Shown here piece by piece: positions 9,066-19,135 of a stretch of 64,000 nt of DNA. The notes under the pieces were generated by a model. The model had not been told where the DNA came from. It saw nothing but the letters and a program-made list of their open reading frames with translations, and did not search any database. A program made the translations under genes and the position numbers. The DNA comes from an uncultured Candidatus Binatia bacterium (GTDB lineage Bacteria; Desulfobacterota; Binatia; UBA9968; CAXXLF01): the NCBI GenBank assembly GCA_965218425.1, contig OZ244621.1:3808001-3872000 (forward strand). Direction: 5' to 3'. Numbering within the stretch: the first letter of the stretch is position 1; every line of letters starts with the position of its first letter.

Positions 9066-10217
9066 GTGATCAATGGGCGGGCTCAAATCGTTATCCTGGG
9101 TGGTGGTATTGGTGGCCTTGCGGCTGCCACAAAGCTGGGTCGTTCCCTTGGGGCGAAACACGATGTGATTCTAATCGATCGGCGTGATGAGCATTTCTTT
9201 ACGCCCTCCTTCCTTTTCCTGATGTTAGGGCAACGAAAGCCGCAAGATCTAAAGAGAAAACTGAAGTTACTCGAACGGCGCAAGGTCAAGGTGATACAGG
9301 CTGAGATCCTGGGTATCGACCCGGGCCGTCAGGAGGTGGTGCTTGACAGCCAGAAGATCCCCTACGATCATCTTGTCGTAGCCCTTGGCCTGCAGACGAG
9401 GCCAGAGATGATCCCTGGTTTCAGCGAGGGGGCCAACCACGCCTGGGAGATGGATGCGGCATTGAAAGTACAACGGGCCCTGCAGCAGTTTAACGAAGGC
9501 CGTATCCTCGTGGGAGTTCCGTTGGGGCCCTATCGCTGTCCGCCAGCTCCCTATGAGACCCAGTGGTTGCTGGACACCTATTTTCGCGGCCTAGGTCGGC
9601 GCGACCGTGTGGAGATCGAGTATTTCACCCGGGAACCTGAGCCTGCGGGGGAAGCCCACGACCCCGTGGTTTGGATGGACGACCAGAGTAAGAAGAGAAA
9701 TATCAAGCAGAACTACGACTTCACCGTTCAGTCCATTGACCCCGAGAAGAAAGCCGTTGTGGGTTTGTACGGTTACAGGCTCTCATACGATTTATTGTTC
9801 ATGATTCCCCCACACAGGCCCGCCCAGGTGCTCAGGGACTGTAGCTTGGCGGACACCGAGAACGGTGTCAGGATTGACTATGAGACCCTGGCCACCAAAT
9901 GGGACAATGTTTATGCCATTGGGGACTGCGCAGAGTTGCCCGCTTCTAAGGCCGGGGGAGTGGCGCACCAGGAAGCAGACGTTGTGGCCCACAACCTGGC
10001 CGTGAAAATCACGGGTCGGGGCGATCCCACCACTCTCCGGCTCCACACCATATGACTACTGGCCTGCGGCGCAGGACGCGCCGCCGCAAATCGAACTATC
10101 TATCCGCGCGGTTGGCCTCCCTTCGGAGTGATGGAATCACGCTCCTGGGGACCTTCTCGTATGATCTATTGGGCCAAGCTCGGTTTTGAAAAATGGTGGC
10201 TCTGGCGGTACTTTTAG
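9066..10217 (+). CDS. Sulfide:quinone oxidoreductase-like FAD oxidoreductase; candidate selenoprotein (TGA 10053-10055 = Sec330)
   Basis: GGGIGG FAD motif, YDHLVVALG, YRCPPAPYE, VYAIGD, KAGGVA. Frame continues past TGA as LLACGAGRAAANRTIYPRGWPPFGVMESRSWGPSRMIYWAKLGFEKWWLWRYF to TAG 10215-10217. Confidence 0.8.
10066..10084 (+). promoter_or_regulatory. Candidate bacterial SECIS hairpin
   Basis: GCGGCGC-AGGAC-GCGCCGC: 7-bp GC stem, loop begins 17 nt after the UGA, G at second loop position. Confidence 0.6.
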
Positions 10218-10218
10218 T

Positions 10219-11256
10219 TTAACGAGCGATGGGGAGCTTCTGATCGTTCCAGTCCACCATTCCACCCCGAAGGTTCGATACCTGCTCAAATCCAAGACCC
10301 GTTAGAATTGCAACTGCCGTGGTGCTGCGCACTCCCGAGCGGCAGATGGCCACCACGTGCCGGTTCTTATGCTCCTCCAGTTCATTGGCTCTTGTCGGGA
10401 GCTCTTTGAGCGGGATCAGGAGGCTTCCGGTAATATGTCCAAGCTCACCTGTATACTCCGATGGCTCCCTGATATCCAACAGGATGGGAGGGAGGGAAGT
10501 CGCAAGCAGGGCTTGCACATCCTGGGGAGATAACTGGCGCACCCGGTTCAATTCGGCCAGAGTGGGGAAAGCGATTCGGTCATCATCAAGTGCGGTCTGA
10601 TTGGGTTGTAGAACCTCTTGAATCTTGTCCGGCAGCGGCAACCCCAGGTTAGTCATGATATTCATGTAGGCCTCTTTTGTGCGTCCCGCCACCCGGGGAT
10701 TTAACCGCTTTTCGTCCCCGATCGTGGACATGGTGTTACCGCGATAGTCATGGGCAGGGAAAACCTGAGTGTCGTCCGGAAGCTGAAAGAGCTTCTGGGT
10801 AATGCCATCAAATTGCGCGCCCGCGTCACCGCCGCCAAAGTCGCATCTCCCGGTACCTCGAATGAGGAGCGTGTCTCCTGTCAGGATTTTTCCATTCACA
10901 TAGAGACTCATGCTGTCAGGGGTGTGTCCGGGTGTATGGAGAATTTTGATGGCGAGGTCACCTACGGTGAGGGTCTCTCCGTCATCCACATGAATATCCA
11001 CATAGGGTGCAGGCGCGCGTCGGTGCATGATTACATTAGCACCGGTGAGGTCTTTCAGTTCAAAGGTCCCAGTGCGGTGGTCCGCATGGGTGTGAGTATC
11101 AATGAGATCGTCAAGCCTCAATTGGTAATATCCAAGAAGGGAAAGGTATCGGTCGGTTTTTTCTCTAACCGGGTCAACCAGGACGGCCCTATGGGCGTTC
11201 TCGCAGGCAATGAGATAGGTCTTACATTTGCCGAGGTTGAGTTCTCGAAAAATCAT
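10219..11256 (-). CDS. Persulfide dioxygenase (ETHE1/Blh-type MBL) fused to C-terminal rhodanese
   Basis: THTHADH, TPGHT, GDTLLIRGTGRCD, PAHDY, STIGDEK..NPR; rhodanese DIRE..EY..GHI, CRSGVRS. Confidence 0.9.
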   Translation of the reverse strand: MIFRELNLGKCKTYLIACENAHRAVLVDPVREKTDRYLSLLGYYQLRLDDLIDTHTHADHRTGTFELKDLTGANVIMHRRAPAPYVDIHVDDGETLTVGDLAIKILHTPGHTPDSMSLYVNGKILTGDTLLIRGTGRCDFGGGDAGAQFDGITQKLFQLPDDTQVFPAHDYRGNTMSTIGDEKRLNPRVAGRTKEAYMNIMTNLGLPLPDKIQEVLQPNQTALDDDRIAFPTLAELNRVRQLSPQDVQALLATSLPPILLDIREPSEYTGELGHITGSLLIPLKELPTRANELEEHKNRHVVAICRSGVRSTTAVAILTGLGFEQVSNLRGGMVDWNDQKLPIAR

Positions 11257-11425
11257 AAATGCATCATTCCCTCCGCTTCTAACACCAAGAATAGCTATGG
11301 GCTTTCATTGTGTCAAATCAAATTTTCTGCTCCTTATGGCGTCGGTTGCTCTAATGGGCTTTGCTGTGCATAATTCCGCTGTGAATGAAGAAACGAAAAA
11401 ATCCCCACGGGCCACAGGGCCTTCC

Positions 11426-11722
11426 ATGGAACATACCTGCAGTCACTGCCTGTATTTCCAAGCTGCAAGACCGGGACGGCGTCCGCTGAAAGGGAATTGC
11501 GGTTATCATAAAGAGTGGATTGACCGTGCTTCACTCTATACCTGCAGCGAGATGAGCGCCCTTTCGTTGAAGCGAAAAGGAATCTATCGACTAAAGACAG
11601 ATGGGAAGGGGGGCTGGGTGCATGTGCGGCGTGAGGCCAAAGTCCGATCCCGACCGTTTCTGGTTAAAGGGGAAAAACCGAAAGGGAGCGGTAGAGAGCA
11701 AGGGATAGTGGAGGAATCCTAA
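11426..11722 (+). CDS. Hypothetical Cys-rich (CxxC) small protein
   Basis: MEHTCSHCLYF...C...C; start uncertain. Confidence 0.4.
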   Translation: MEHTCSHCLYFQAARPGRRPLKGNCGYHKEWIDRASLYTCSEMSALSLKRKGIYRLKTDGKGGWVHVRREAKVRSRPFLVKGEKPKGSGREQGIVEES

Positions 11723-11776
11723 AGTTTACATAATATACCTTATCAGACGTTTTGTTATGGCCCCGATTTATTCAAT

Positions 11777-12469
11777 TTATCCTTCAGGGCTTCCTTTTAT
11801 CTTTCGTTTCAACTCTTGAATGCGTAGACCGATTTCTGCGGTTCTAACCGTCCCCGGGTAGCTGGCTAGGTATTCGCGATAGATTTTAATGGATTCGCTG
11901 AACCGGCCCATGGTCGCGGTGCAGCGGGCCTTAGACAGGAGGGATTGTTCCTTCTGTGGACCATCCAGCTTAGCTGCCTGGTCATAGGCTTGGATGGCTT
12001 CGTTGCATTGATTGGCCATTTCATGTGCGTAACCGAGATTTGCCAGAGTTAGTTGCCGTAGAAATGTGTTTTTAGACGTCCGGGTTAGCAATGTCTCCAG
12101 GAGTGGAATCGCGTTTTTCGGTTGTTTGAGGCCAATATGGCTATGGGCGCGATAGAGTATTGCCAGGTATTGGTAGTTGGGCGATCGGTATTGCTCCACA
12201 CGCTCCAGGAGATCTAAAGTTGTTTGGTATTGGCCCTCGTGAAAGGCCTCCAATGCGGTGACATAGGCTTGGGAAGCTAGACGGTTTTGTTTGGACCGGT
12301 GTAGTTGCCAACCCCAGAGGCCCAGGGACACAGCCACCACAAAGACAGCGAGCAGAATAATTTTACCCCGGTGTTCCTCGGAAAATCTGATCACCCGAGC
12401 TGTAAACGTAATAAACTGATCTGGTTGCCGGATGTCTTTACGAGTGATTCTTTTACGCGAACGCACCAT
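11777..12469 (-). CDS. Membrane-anchored TPR protein (YfgM-like)
   Basis: Basic N-terminus with PDQF, one TM helix, TPR-like helices. Confidence 0.75.
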   Translation of the reverse strand: MVRSRKRITRKDIRQPDQFITFTARVIRFSEEHRGKIILLAVFVVAVSLGLWGWQLHRSKQNRLASQAYVTALEAFHEGQYQTTLDLLERVEQYRSPNYQYLAILYRAHSHIGLKQPKNAIPLLETLLTRTSKNTFLRQLTLANLGYAHEMANQCNEAIQAYDQAAKLDGPQKEQSLLSKARCTATMGRFSESIKIYREYLASYPGTVRTAEIGLRIQELKRKIKGSPEG

Positions 12470-12535
12470 CCGTGTAGCGGCTCAATGTGGGCTTTGGGTA
12501 GGAGTCACTTGGGAACAGCAATTGATATATAGCGA

Positions 12536-13051
12536 TTAGGTCTTGTATTTGAAGTCGTCCGGCGACATCTTTTCCAAGATTTCCGCCCATTGTTCCTTAG
12601 AGACATTAGCGAAATCTGGTTCTTTGCCTTCTTCCGCCTGCTGGAGGATGCTGGATGCCTCCAGAACTGCTTTAGCCACATAAATCGGGCTTTTGGTTCT
12701 AAGAGCCAGAGCGATAGCGTCGCTGGGACGCGAATCAATGGTGAGTTCCTTGCCAGCAATGTTAAGGTTTATCATGGCATAGTATGTGTTTTCTTTCAAT
12801 TCGGTAATCTCAACGTAATCCACAAATCCGCCCAACTCCGCAAGGGTATTCTTAAGGAGATCATGAGTCATTGGGCGGGCCATTTTGATTCCTTCCAGTT
12901 CAGTTGCCATGGCCGTAGCTTCCAGAAGACCTATCCAGATTGGCAGATTCAACTTATTATCGGCGTCTTTCAGGATCACGATGGGGGTCTTTGTTACTGG
13001 GTCCAATGTGAGGCCGCCAACCGACATCTGAATGGAATCGCTCTTCTTCAT
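12536..13051 (-). CDS. Bifunctional nuclease family protein (DUF151)
   Basis: LPIWIG..EA, RPMTHDLL, IDSRPSDAIALALR. Confidence 0.92.
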   Translation of the reverse strand: MKKSDSIQMSVGGLTLDPVTKTPIVILKDADNKLNLPIWIGLLEATAMATELEGIKMARPMTHDLLKNTLAELGGFVDYVEITELKENTYYAMINLNIAGKELTIDSRPSDAIALALRTKSPIYVAKAVLEASSILQQAEEGKEPDFANVSKEQWAEILEKMSPDDFKYKT

Positions 13052-13061
13052 CCGATCCTCC

Positions 13062-14381
13062 TTACTCTAGTTCGCCCACGAGGGAATTGGCGGATGCCCC
13101 CGTTATTCGGACGTCGATGGTTTTGCCTAAAAGGCTCTTTGGGGCTTTAAAATTAACTACCTTGTTAGTCCTCGTTCGGCCCATCATTCGGTCCTTGCTG
13201 AGTTTGGACTCACCCTCGAATAAAATTTCCTCTACGCGACCGATCAGTTGCCGGTTCTTCCTTAGGGAGATACCCTTTTGCAAATCCAGTACGGTTTGAA
13301 GCCGCGACTTTTTGGTTTCCTCAGGAACATCGTCGAAATGTATCTTGGCCGCGACGGTTTGAGGTCGCGGTGAATATTTGAATGCAAAAATCTCATCATA
13401 CTCCATTTTCTCTAAGATTTCCAGTGTTGTTTCGAACTCTTGCTCGGTTTCACCTGGAAAACCTACAATGATGTCAGTGCTCAAAGCCACACCCGGGCAT
13501 CGATCCTTCAGCTGGTTAATGCGGTCTAAATATTCTTTGCAACTGTATCCTCTACGCATTCTTTGCAGCACTGTATCAGAGCCGGATTGGACTGGCAAAT
13601 GTAGGTGTTCGCAAAGCTTTCCAAGCATCGCGTACGCGTTAATCAATTGGGGCGAGAGATCCTGAGGGTGGGATGTGGTGAAGCGAATCCGGTCCAATCC
13701 GTCGATTTCATTGATCTTGTGTAAAAGCTCCGCAAAGGTCAACTCTCCTTGACGGGTCTTGCCATAGGAATTCACATTCTGCCCCAGAAGCATGATCTCC
13801 CGGACTCCCTGACCAGCGGTCAATTCCCGCACCTCATTGATAATGTTGTGGCTAGGCCTGCTGATCTCTCTCCCGCGCACATGGGGAACGATGCAGAAAC
13901 TACAGACCTTGTTACATCCCTGCATGATAGTCACGTAGGCCTTGGGCCCCTGCACCTCGGGTCTCCCCTGCAGATCCTCAAGATAGGCGAGGTCGCGGTA
14001 GAAGGCCACTTCCACCGGCCGGCTGCCCAGGTTTTGAACCTCACGAACCATTTGGCCGAGCTTATGAATGTTGTGAGTTCCAAAAACCAAGTCCAGATGG
14101 GGAACACGCCGTAATAGGGCTTCTCCCTCTCGCTGTGCAACGCACCCGCCAACACCAATAACGAGCCCCTGGTGTTGTTTCTTCAACTCACGCCAACGCC
14201 CTAGGGCGCTGTAAACCTTTTGTTCCGCCTTGTCCCTTACGCTGCAGGTGTTTAGGATGATCAGATCCGCTTCTTCAGGTTCCATCGTGGGAGTGTATCC
14301 GTGCTGCTTCATCACCTGTAGGATACGGGCCGAGTCGTACTCGTTCATTTGGCAGCCGTAGGTCTTAGTGTAAATTTTCAT
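13062..14381 (-). CDS. miaB: tRNA-2-methylthio-N6-isopentenyladenosine synthase
   Basis: TYGCQMN, NTCSVR, GCVAQ, GCNKVCSFC, RFTTSHP, HLPVQSGS, C-terminal TRAM domain. Confidence 0.96.
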   Translation of the reverse strand: MKIYTKTYGCQMNEYDSARILQVMKQHGYTPTMEPEEADLIILNTCSVRDKAEQKVYSALGRWRELKKQHQGLVIGVGGCVAQREGEALLRRVPHLDLVFGTHNIHKLGQMVREVQNLGSRPVEVAFYRDLAYLEDLQGRPEVQGPKAYVTIMQGCNKVCSFCIVPHVRGREISRPSHNIINEVRELTAGQGVREIMLLGQNVNSYGKTRQGELTFAELLHKINEIDGLDRIRFTTSHPQDLSPQLINAYAMLGKLCEHLHLPVQSGSDTVLQRMRRGYSCKEYLDRINQLKDRCPGVALSTDIIVGFPGETEQEFETTLEILEKMEYDEIFAFKYSPRPQTVAAKIHFDDVPEETKKSRLQTVLDLQKGISLRKNRQLIGRVEEILFEGESKLSKDRMMGRTRTNKVVNFKAPKSLLGKTIDVRITGASANSLVGELE

Positions 14382-14515
14382 GTGCCATTCAAACCAGTTA
14401 GAATAAGAGATCAGGGAATTTAAAAATTAACATATGAATCACGTTGAAACAAATAGGGCGATTCGCCGGTAGTGTCCCGGTTCGAAAAATCGGTACTGGT
14501 AAAGTTTGAATCCAT

Positions 14516-14695
14516 ATGACATCCTTAAGGGTGGCAAAGAAAGCCAAGAAAAACCCCACCGATCCGAATCTTTTGGCTAGGGCTGTGGTGGAAGCCACTA
14601 TAGGAGAACCCTTAAGCGGCAAGAAGTCAATTAAAAATTTGAATTTCGGTCTATCGTGGTTGCTTAAAGTTGGGGCTGTGCTACGAGGCGCCTAG
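14516..14695 (+). CDS. Short Lys-rich ORF or gene remnant
   Basis: KKAKKNPTDPNLLARAVVEATIGEPL resembles small mobile-element-associated hypotheticals (from memory). Confidence 0.3.
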   Translation: MTSLRVAKKAKKNPTDPNLLARAVVEATIGEPLSGKKSIKNLNFGLSWLLKVGAVLRGA

Positions 14696-14732
14696 CGACT
14701 GGTTTGTGCAGGATATCGAACCGTGATCTTCC

Positions 14733-15544
14733 TTGCCCTCGCGGGGGGTAAATTTCAGTTTGAAGAGGAGTCTGCTGTTGGAAGTCATCAAGCCAGCTTC
14801 AAATCTTACGACCAACCGGAAGGTGTTTTCACTGATTACGGAGCGTCAGGTTTTGGGAACCAGGATACTGGAGATCGGTGCGGGACGTGGCTATATGGCC
14901 CAGGAATTGGGGCAGCATATCAATGGACTCGGGGGGGTCCCCGGGGAAGTTCTTACCGCGTGCGATCTTCTGCCGGATCAATTTAAATACGGTGAGGTTC
15001 CATGCGATTATTTCGACTTCGTCAATGCCTTGCCCTATGAGGATAACAGTTACGATACGGTCTTTGCCATCGAACTCATTGAGCATCTGGAGAGCCCGGT
15101 GGAATTCATAAAGGAAGCCTACCGCGTGCTTCGGTCCGGGGGACGATTTATATTTAGTACGCCGAATGTTTTGAATATCAATTCCAGATTGTCCTATCTC
15201 GCCTGTGGCTTTTTTATTCTCTTCGGCCCGGTCTCACCGGATAAAGCCGATTCTGGGAATCCTACGGGACATATTATCCGCTAAGTTATTACTATCTTGA
15301 TGTGCACATGCGGCGGGCAGGATTTTCTCGATTGGAATTCCATTCGGATAGGATGAGACGATCCGCGATGCTGGGGTATTTTTGTTTTGCACCGCTAATC
15401 ATGCTTTCGTCGCTATTCAAAAACAAAAGGGCCAAGCAGAAACACCCGGAGGTGTTTGAACACAGCAAGGAGCAAATTAAGTTGATGAACGGTTTTAAGG
15501 TGCTCTGTTCCAGAAGCTGCATTTTAGTGGGACAGAAGCCCTAG
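14733..15544 (+). pseudogene. Class I SAM methyltransferase, frameshifted near 15279
   Basis: LEIGAGRG, ELIEHLESP, STPN motifs; GHII continues as (P)LSYYYLDVHMRRAGF in another frame, consistent with one missing base. Confidence 0.75.
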
Positions 15545-15702
15545 TGGTTGGAATGGCCCCGGACATTACGTCCTCCCCTATTGATTCATAGAGACCGGCC
15601 GATCTTCCAAATCCGCATCCATTCTAAGCCCATTGGATCTATTCGGAAATCCAATGGCACGTGGGGCTTGCCGGATTGGGTAGGGGGGGTGCTCGTTTAT
15701 GT

Positions 15703-15922
15703 TAAGAACCCATCTCAGAATTAAAAATAGTGTATCCTAGGGTTCATGTTAAATCTAAGTGACCAACATTGGGCCATGATCCGGGAACACTTCCCAGTTG
15801 CCGCAGTACTATCCGAACTATAAAACGGTCCATCGTCGTTTTCAGCAATGGTGTCGAAGCGAAGTATTGCGGGAAGTTCTCACCGAGCTTGCCAATGCAC
15901 TTCGAGAGGAAGGCGCCATTGA
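15703..15922 (+). mobile_element. IS5-family remnant (left end plus internally deleted transposase N-terminus)
   Basis: TAAGAACCCATCTCAGAA end-like sequence; ATG 15746 MLNLSDQHWAMIREHFP then LPQYYPNYKTVHRRFQQW. Confidence 0.7.
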
Positions 15923-16017
15923 CGGTTTGTCTGATAATTGCGGGTTGCGAAAAAAGCTTCCATTCTATAACCATAGGTGTTCAGTCCTGATGGGACTGGG
16001 AATTTTGGGGTCCAAGA

Positions 16018-16734
16018 GTGGCTGGCAATGGCGCAAAAAACGCCTCAGGGATTATCCTGAGTCGTCGTGGGGGGGACGGCGGAGTCGAAGTGTATATGAC
16101 CCGTAACCCTTCGGGTCGGTCCTCAATGGAGAACTACGCATTCCCCGTGAGTCCGGTGCAAAAGGAGGACACCCATAAAACAATGCTAAATCTTTGTTCT
16201 GGGTTAACTCCTAAGGAGGCCCGTGATGCCCTTGGAAGCGATCTAACCCCAGGGCTTTCCCTTGCCCACTGGGTGGCAGGCATCCGAGGTGTCTTCGAGC
16301 GGATGGGGATTCTATTGTGCAGCGCTGGGGGAGACACGCGCCCGGCAAGTTTGGGAATGGGCTTCAAAGACGAACTCACAAAAAAGCGGCGGCTGCTGTT
16401 AAAGGGGACAATGAGTTTTCAATCCCTTTTGGAATCCGAAGGACTTCTTTGCGACACCAGGCGCTTCAGTTGCTTTTCCCGTTGGCTCACGGCGGAAAAC
16501 TCTCGAGGGAACTATGACGTCCGTTATTTTGTAACCTCTCTGCCAGCGGATCAGAAACCCATCTTGAGATCACGGAATCGTTCTACCGGCATTTGGATAA
16601 CCCCGGAGCGTGGGATGGATCTTTTCCAGCGAGGGTCCCTTCTCGTGACATTTGCGACCTTTGCCTCGGTTCGTAGTTTGGCAGATTATGATTCTTGGGA
16701 TAGTCTTTCGTCCGAATACAAGCTTCAAGCCTAA
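16018..16734 (+). CDS. NUDIX-like (Nudt19-type) protein with degenerate Nudix box
   Basis: ASGIIL, VEVYMTR, FP....ED, SRWLT, YDVRYFV layout; no REx2EE. Confidence 0.65.
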   Translation: MAGNGAKNASGIILSRRGGDGGVEVYMTRNPSGRSSMENYAFPVSPVQKEDTHKTMLNLCSGLTPKEARDALGSDLTPGLSLAHWVAGIRGVFERMGILLCSAGGDTRPASLGMGFKDELTKKRRLLLKGTMSFQSLLESEGLLCDTRRFSCFSRWLTAENSRGNYDVRYFVTSLPADQKPILRSRNRSTGIWITPERGMDLFQRGSLLVTFATFASVRSLADYDSWDSLSSEYKLQA

Positions 16735-16889
16735 TTCCCGCTAAAGAGAATATGAGTGCTTTCCCGACTGGTTCCGCTGATTTTCTCCGAGTGTTTTACC
16801 CCCTTCCGAGCACGGCTTCCCGCGCGTAGAAAAGGCCCCCGATTTATCATGCGGGGCGAATCAGTCACTCTATGCTCCTCAAGAAACCT

Positions 16890-17708
16890 TTAAGGAACTC
16901 CTGGTGGTTTGTTGTTCTTGTCGTAGTAGCCGCTCGAAAACTCTGGTTTGCGTTTTTCAGAAAATGCGGCAGATCCCTCGTCATAATCCTTGCTCTGACG
17001 CAGGTGGGCGTAGTACTCCCTGTGCAGCTTGAATCCTTCCTCCCACCCTTGGATCTCGTACAATAGCTTGTAAATATACTCTTTCGTGTGGGCGGCGATC
17101 AGCCTTCCGTTCCGATTGATGGTGGAGCAAAGCTCCAAGCAGTCGTTCATGAGTTTGTCCGGCTCGCAGATTTTCTGCACGAGCCCAAGTCGGAAGGCTG
17201 TCTCGGCATCCACCATTTGACCCGTAAGGCCAAACCAAAAGGCCCAACCGGAGGGCAAGGTGCTTACGTAGGAGGGCCAAGCGGCCATGTGGGACCAACG
17301 AACCTCAGAACAACCGAATTTCGCCGCCGGAACGCAATACCGAATATCGCAGTTGAGGGCCAGGCCGAAGCCGCCGCCGACGGCAAAACCATTGATCGCC
17401 GCGATGATGGGTTTGTTGAGCTCAAGTTCACGTAGATTCGGATAAGGTCTCGGGCCAAAACGAGGTCCCTTGATCTCACCACGGGCGGCGGCCAGATTCT
17501 CCTTCAGGTCGCCCCCCGCACACCAGGAATCACCTGAGCCGGTGAGGATAATGGTCCAAACATCATCGTCGGCCTTTGCCTCTTGCCAGGCGTTCTCCAA
17601 TCCCCAGTACACGTCACGATTGATAGCGTTTTTTTTCTCCGGGCGGTTGAGTTGAATAACGGCTGTATGAGGTTCGTGCTTTTCATATTGGACAACGGAT
17701 TCTGCCAT
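16890..17708 (-). CDS. Enoyl-CoA hydratase/isomerase family protein
   Basis: LNRPEKKNA, CAGGDL, KPIIAAINGFAVGGG, AFSEKRKPEF. Confidence 0.9.
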   Translation of the reverse strand: MAESVVQYEKHEPHTAVIQLNRPEKKNAINRDVYWGLENAWQEAKADDDVWTIILTGSGDSWCAGGDLKENLAAARGEIKGPRFGPRPYPNLRELELNKPIIAAINGFAVGGGFGLALNCDIRYCVPAAKFGCSEVRWSHMAAWPSYVSTLPSGWAFWFGLTGQMVDAETAFRLGLVQKICEPDKLMNDCLELCSTINRNGRLIAAHTKEYIYKLLYEIQGWEEGFKLHREYYAHLRQSKDYDEGSAAFSEKRKPEFSSGYYDKNNKPPGVP

Positions 17709-17895
17709 TTCAGTTCCTTTCATTTTCAAGTTTTTCCTTCAGTCATGGATTGTAGATCGGACGAAGATGACTCACGTGAAATCGCAAAGGGCGCCAAAGG
17801 CGAAGAAAAAGGGAGGTCATTCTCTTCGGGTGCTTGGTGTAGCGGCGCGGTAAACTTCGTCGAAGTCCTTTGGTGAGCATTTTATCGTCGAGAAT

Positions 17896-19104
17896 CTAAA
17901 TCAGCACACCCTCTGCTTCCAATTCCTTGATCTGTTCATCGCTGAGACCCAAGAGTTCGCTCGCCACTTCATGGGTGTGCTCGCCCATGAGGGGAGCCGG
18001 ACCCCTCACCTTCCCCGGTGTCCTTGATAAACGCAAAGGGAGGCCTTCCGTAACCATCTCTCCGCCCTCAGGCTCATCGAGCTTTACCAGAAAGCCACGT
18101 GCCGCGTACTGTGCGTCCCGTTTGAACTGGTCTTCCACGTCCTGTACCACGCATGCGCAGACACCAACTCCTTGAAGCTTCTCCATGACCTCGTAGGGGT
18201 CCAGTTGGCTGGTCCAGCTCTGGACCCACTGGTCCAGTTCTTCCCTGTGCCGGAGACGGTCCAATCGAGTAGTGAATTGTCCTTTGAGATCCAGTCCCGA
18301 TTCCACCAGTAGCCGGGAAAAACGTTCCCATTCGTTTTGGTTGTAAACGGCGATGACGCACCATCGGTCGTCGCCCTTGCAAGGGTATGCCCCGTAGGGT
18401 GCGGCCACCAGACTCCGGTTTCCCTCCGGCTGCGGATCTCGACCGTTGACTGAGTATTCTAGATACCTTGGACCAAGCAGGGATGCCCCGATTTCCAGTT
18501 GAGCGTTGTCGATCCACTGGCCATTGCCGGATTTTTTTCGGCGCAACAGAGCGAGTACCACGGCGAATGCCCCCGTCACTCCTCCCATGAAGTCGGGATG
18601 CTGTGTTCTCGGCTCGGCTGTGGCGGTGGTAGCTCCCGGTCTATTCCAAAGGTAGGTGCTTCCCATGATGTTTCCCACATTAGGACCCCAGGTGAGATCC
18701 GCTGCGTGTGGGCCTGTGCTGCCAAGGCCTTTAACTCGTACAAGAATGCACGATGGATTCAGTTCCTTCAGCTTAGGGTAGTCGAGTCCCCACCTTTCCA
18801 AAACCCCTAGGCCGTAGTTTTCAATCAACACGTCGGAGACTTTGACCAGCTCTTTCACGAGCCCTGTCCCCTTCTCCGTCTTCATGTTGACAGTAAATGA
18901 CTTCTTTCCCCTATGGAGCTTGGCAAAGTCGGGTTTTTTATTCCATTTTTTCGGATCCTCACCCCTGTGTCCATCACTCCGGGTCCGAGTCTCGACCCGG
19001 ATGACCTCAGCCCCGAATTCACCCAGCACCCGTCCACAGGTTGGACCGGCCGCCCCAGTGGTTAGCTCCAATACCCGAATTCCTTCCAGAGGAAGCTCTT
19101 TCAT
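17896..19104 (-). CDS. Family III CoA-transferase (CaiB/BaiF), subunit with catalytic Asp
   Basis: LEGIRVLEL, GAEVIRVE, DVLIENY, HPDF, APLMGEHT. Confidence 0.9.
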   Translation of the reverse strand: MKELPLEGIRVLELTTGAAGPTCGRVLGEFGAEVIRVETRTRSDGHRGEDPKKWNKKPDFAKLHRGKKSFTVNMKTEKGTGLVKELVKVSDVLIENYGLGVLERWGLDYPKLKELNPSCILVRVKGLGSTGPHAADLTWGPNVGNIMGSTYLWNRPGATTATAEPRTQHPDFMGGVTGAFAVVLALLRRKKSGNGQWIDNAQLEIGASLLGPRYLEYSVNGRDPQPEGNRSLVAAPYGAYPCKGDDRWCVIAVYNQNEWERFSRLLVESGLDLKGQFTTRLDRLRHREELDQWVQSWTSQLDPYEVMEKLQGVGVCACVVQDVEDQFKRDAQYAARGFLVKLDEPEGGEMVTEGLPLRLSRTPGKVRGPAPLMGEHTHEVASELLGLSDEQIKELEAEGVLI

Positions 19105-19135
19105 GGTGAACTCTCCCGCATTCGAAGTGAACCCA

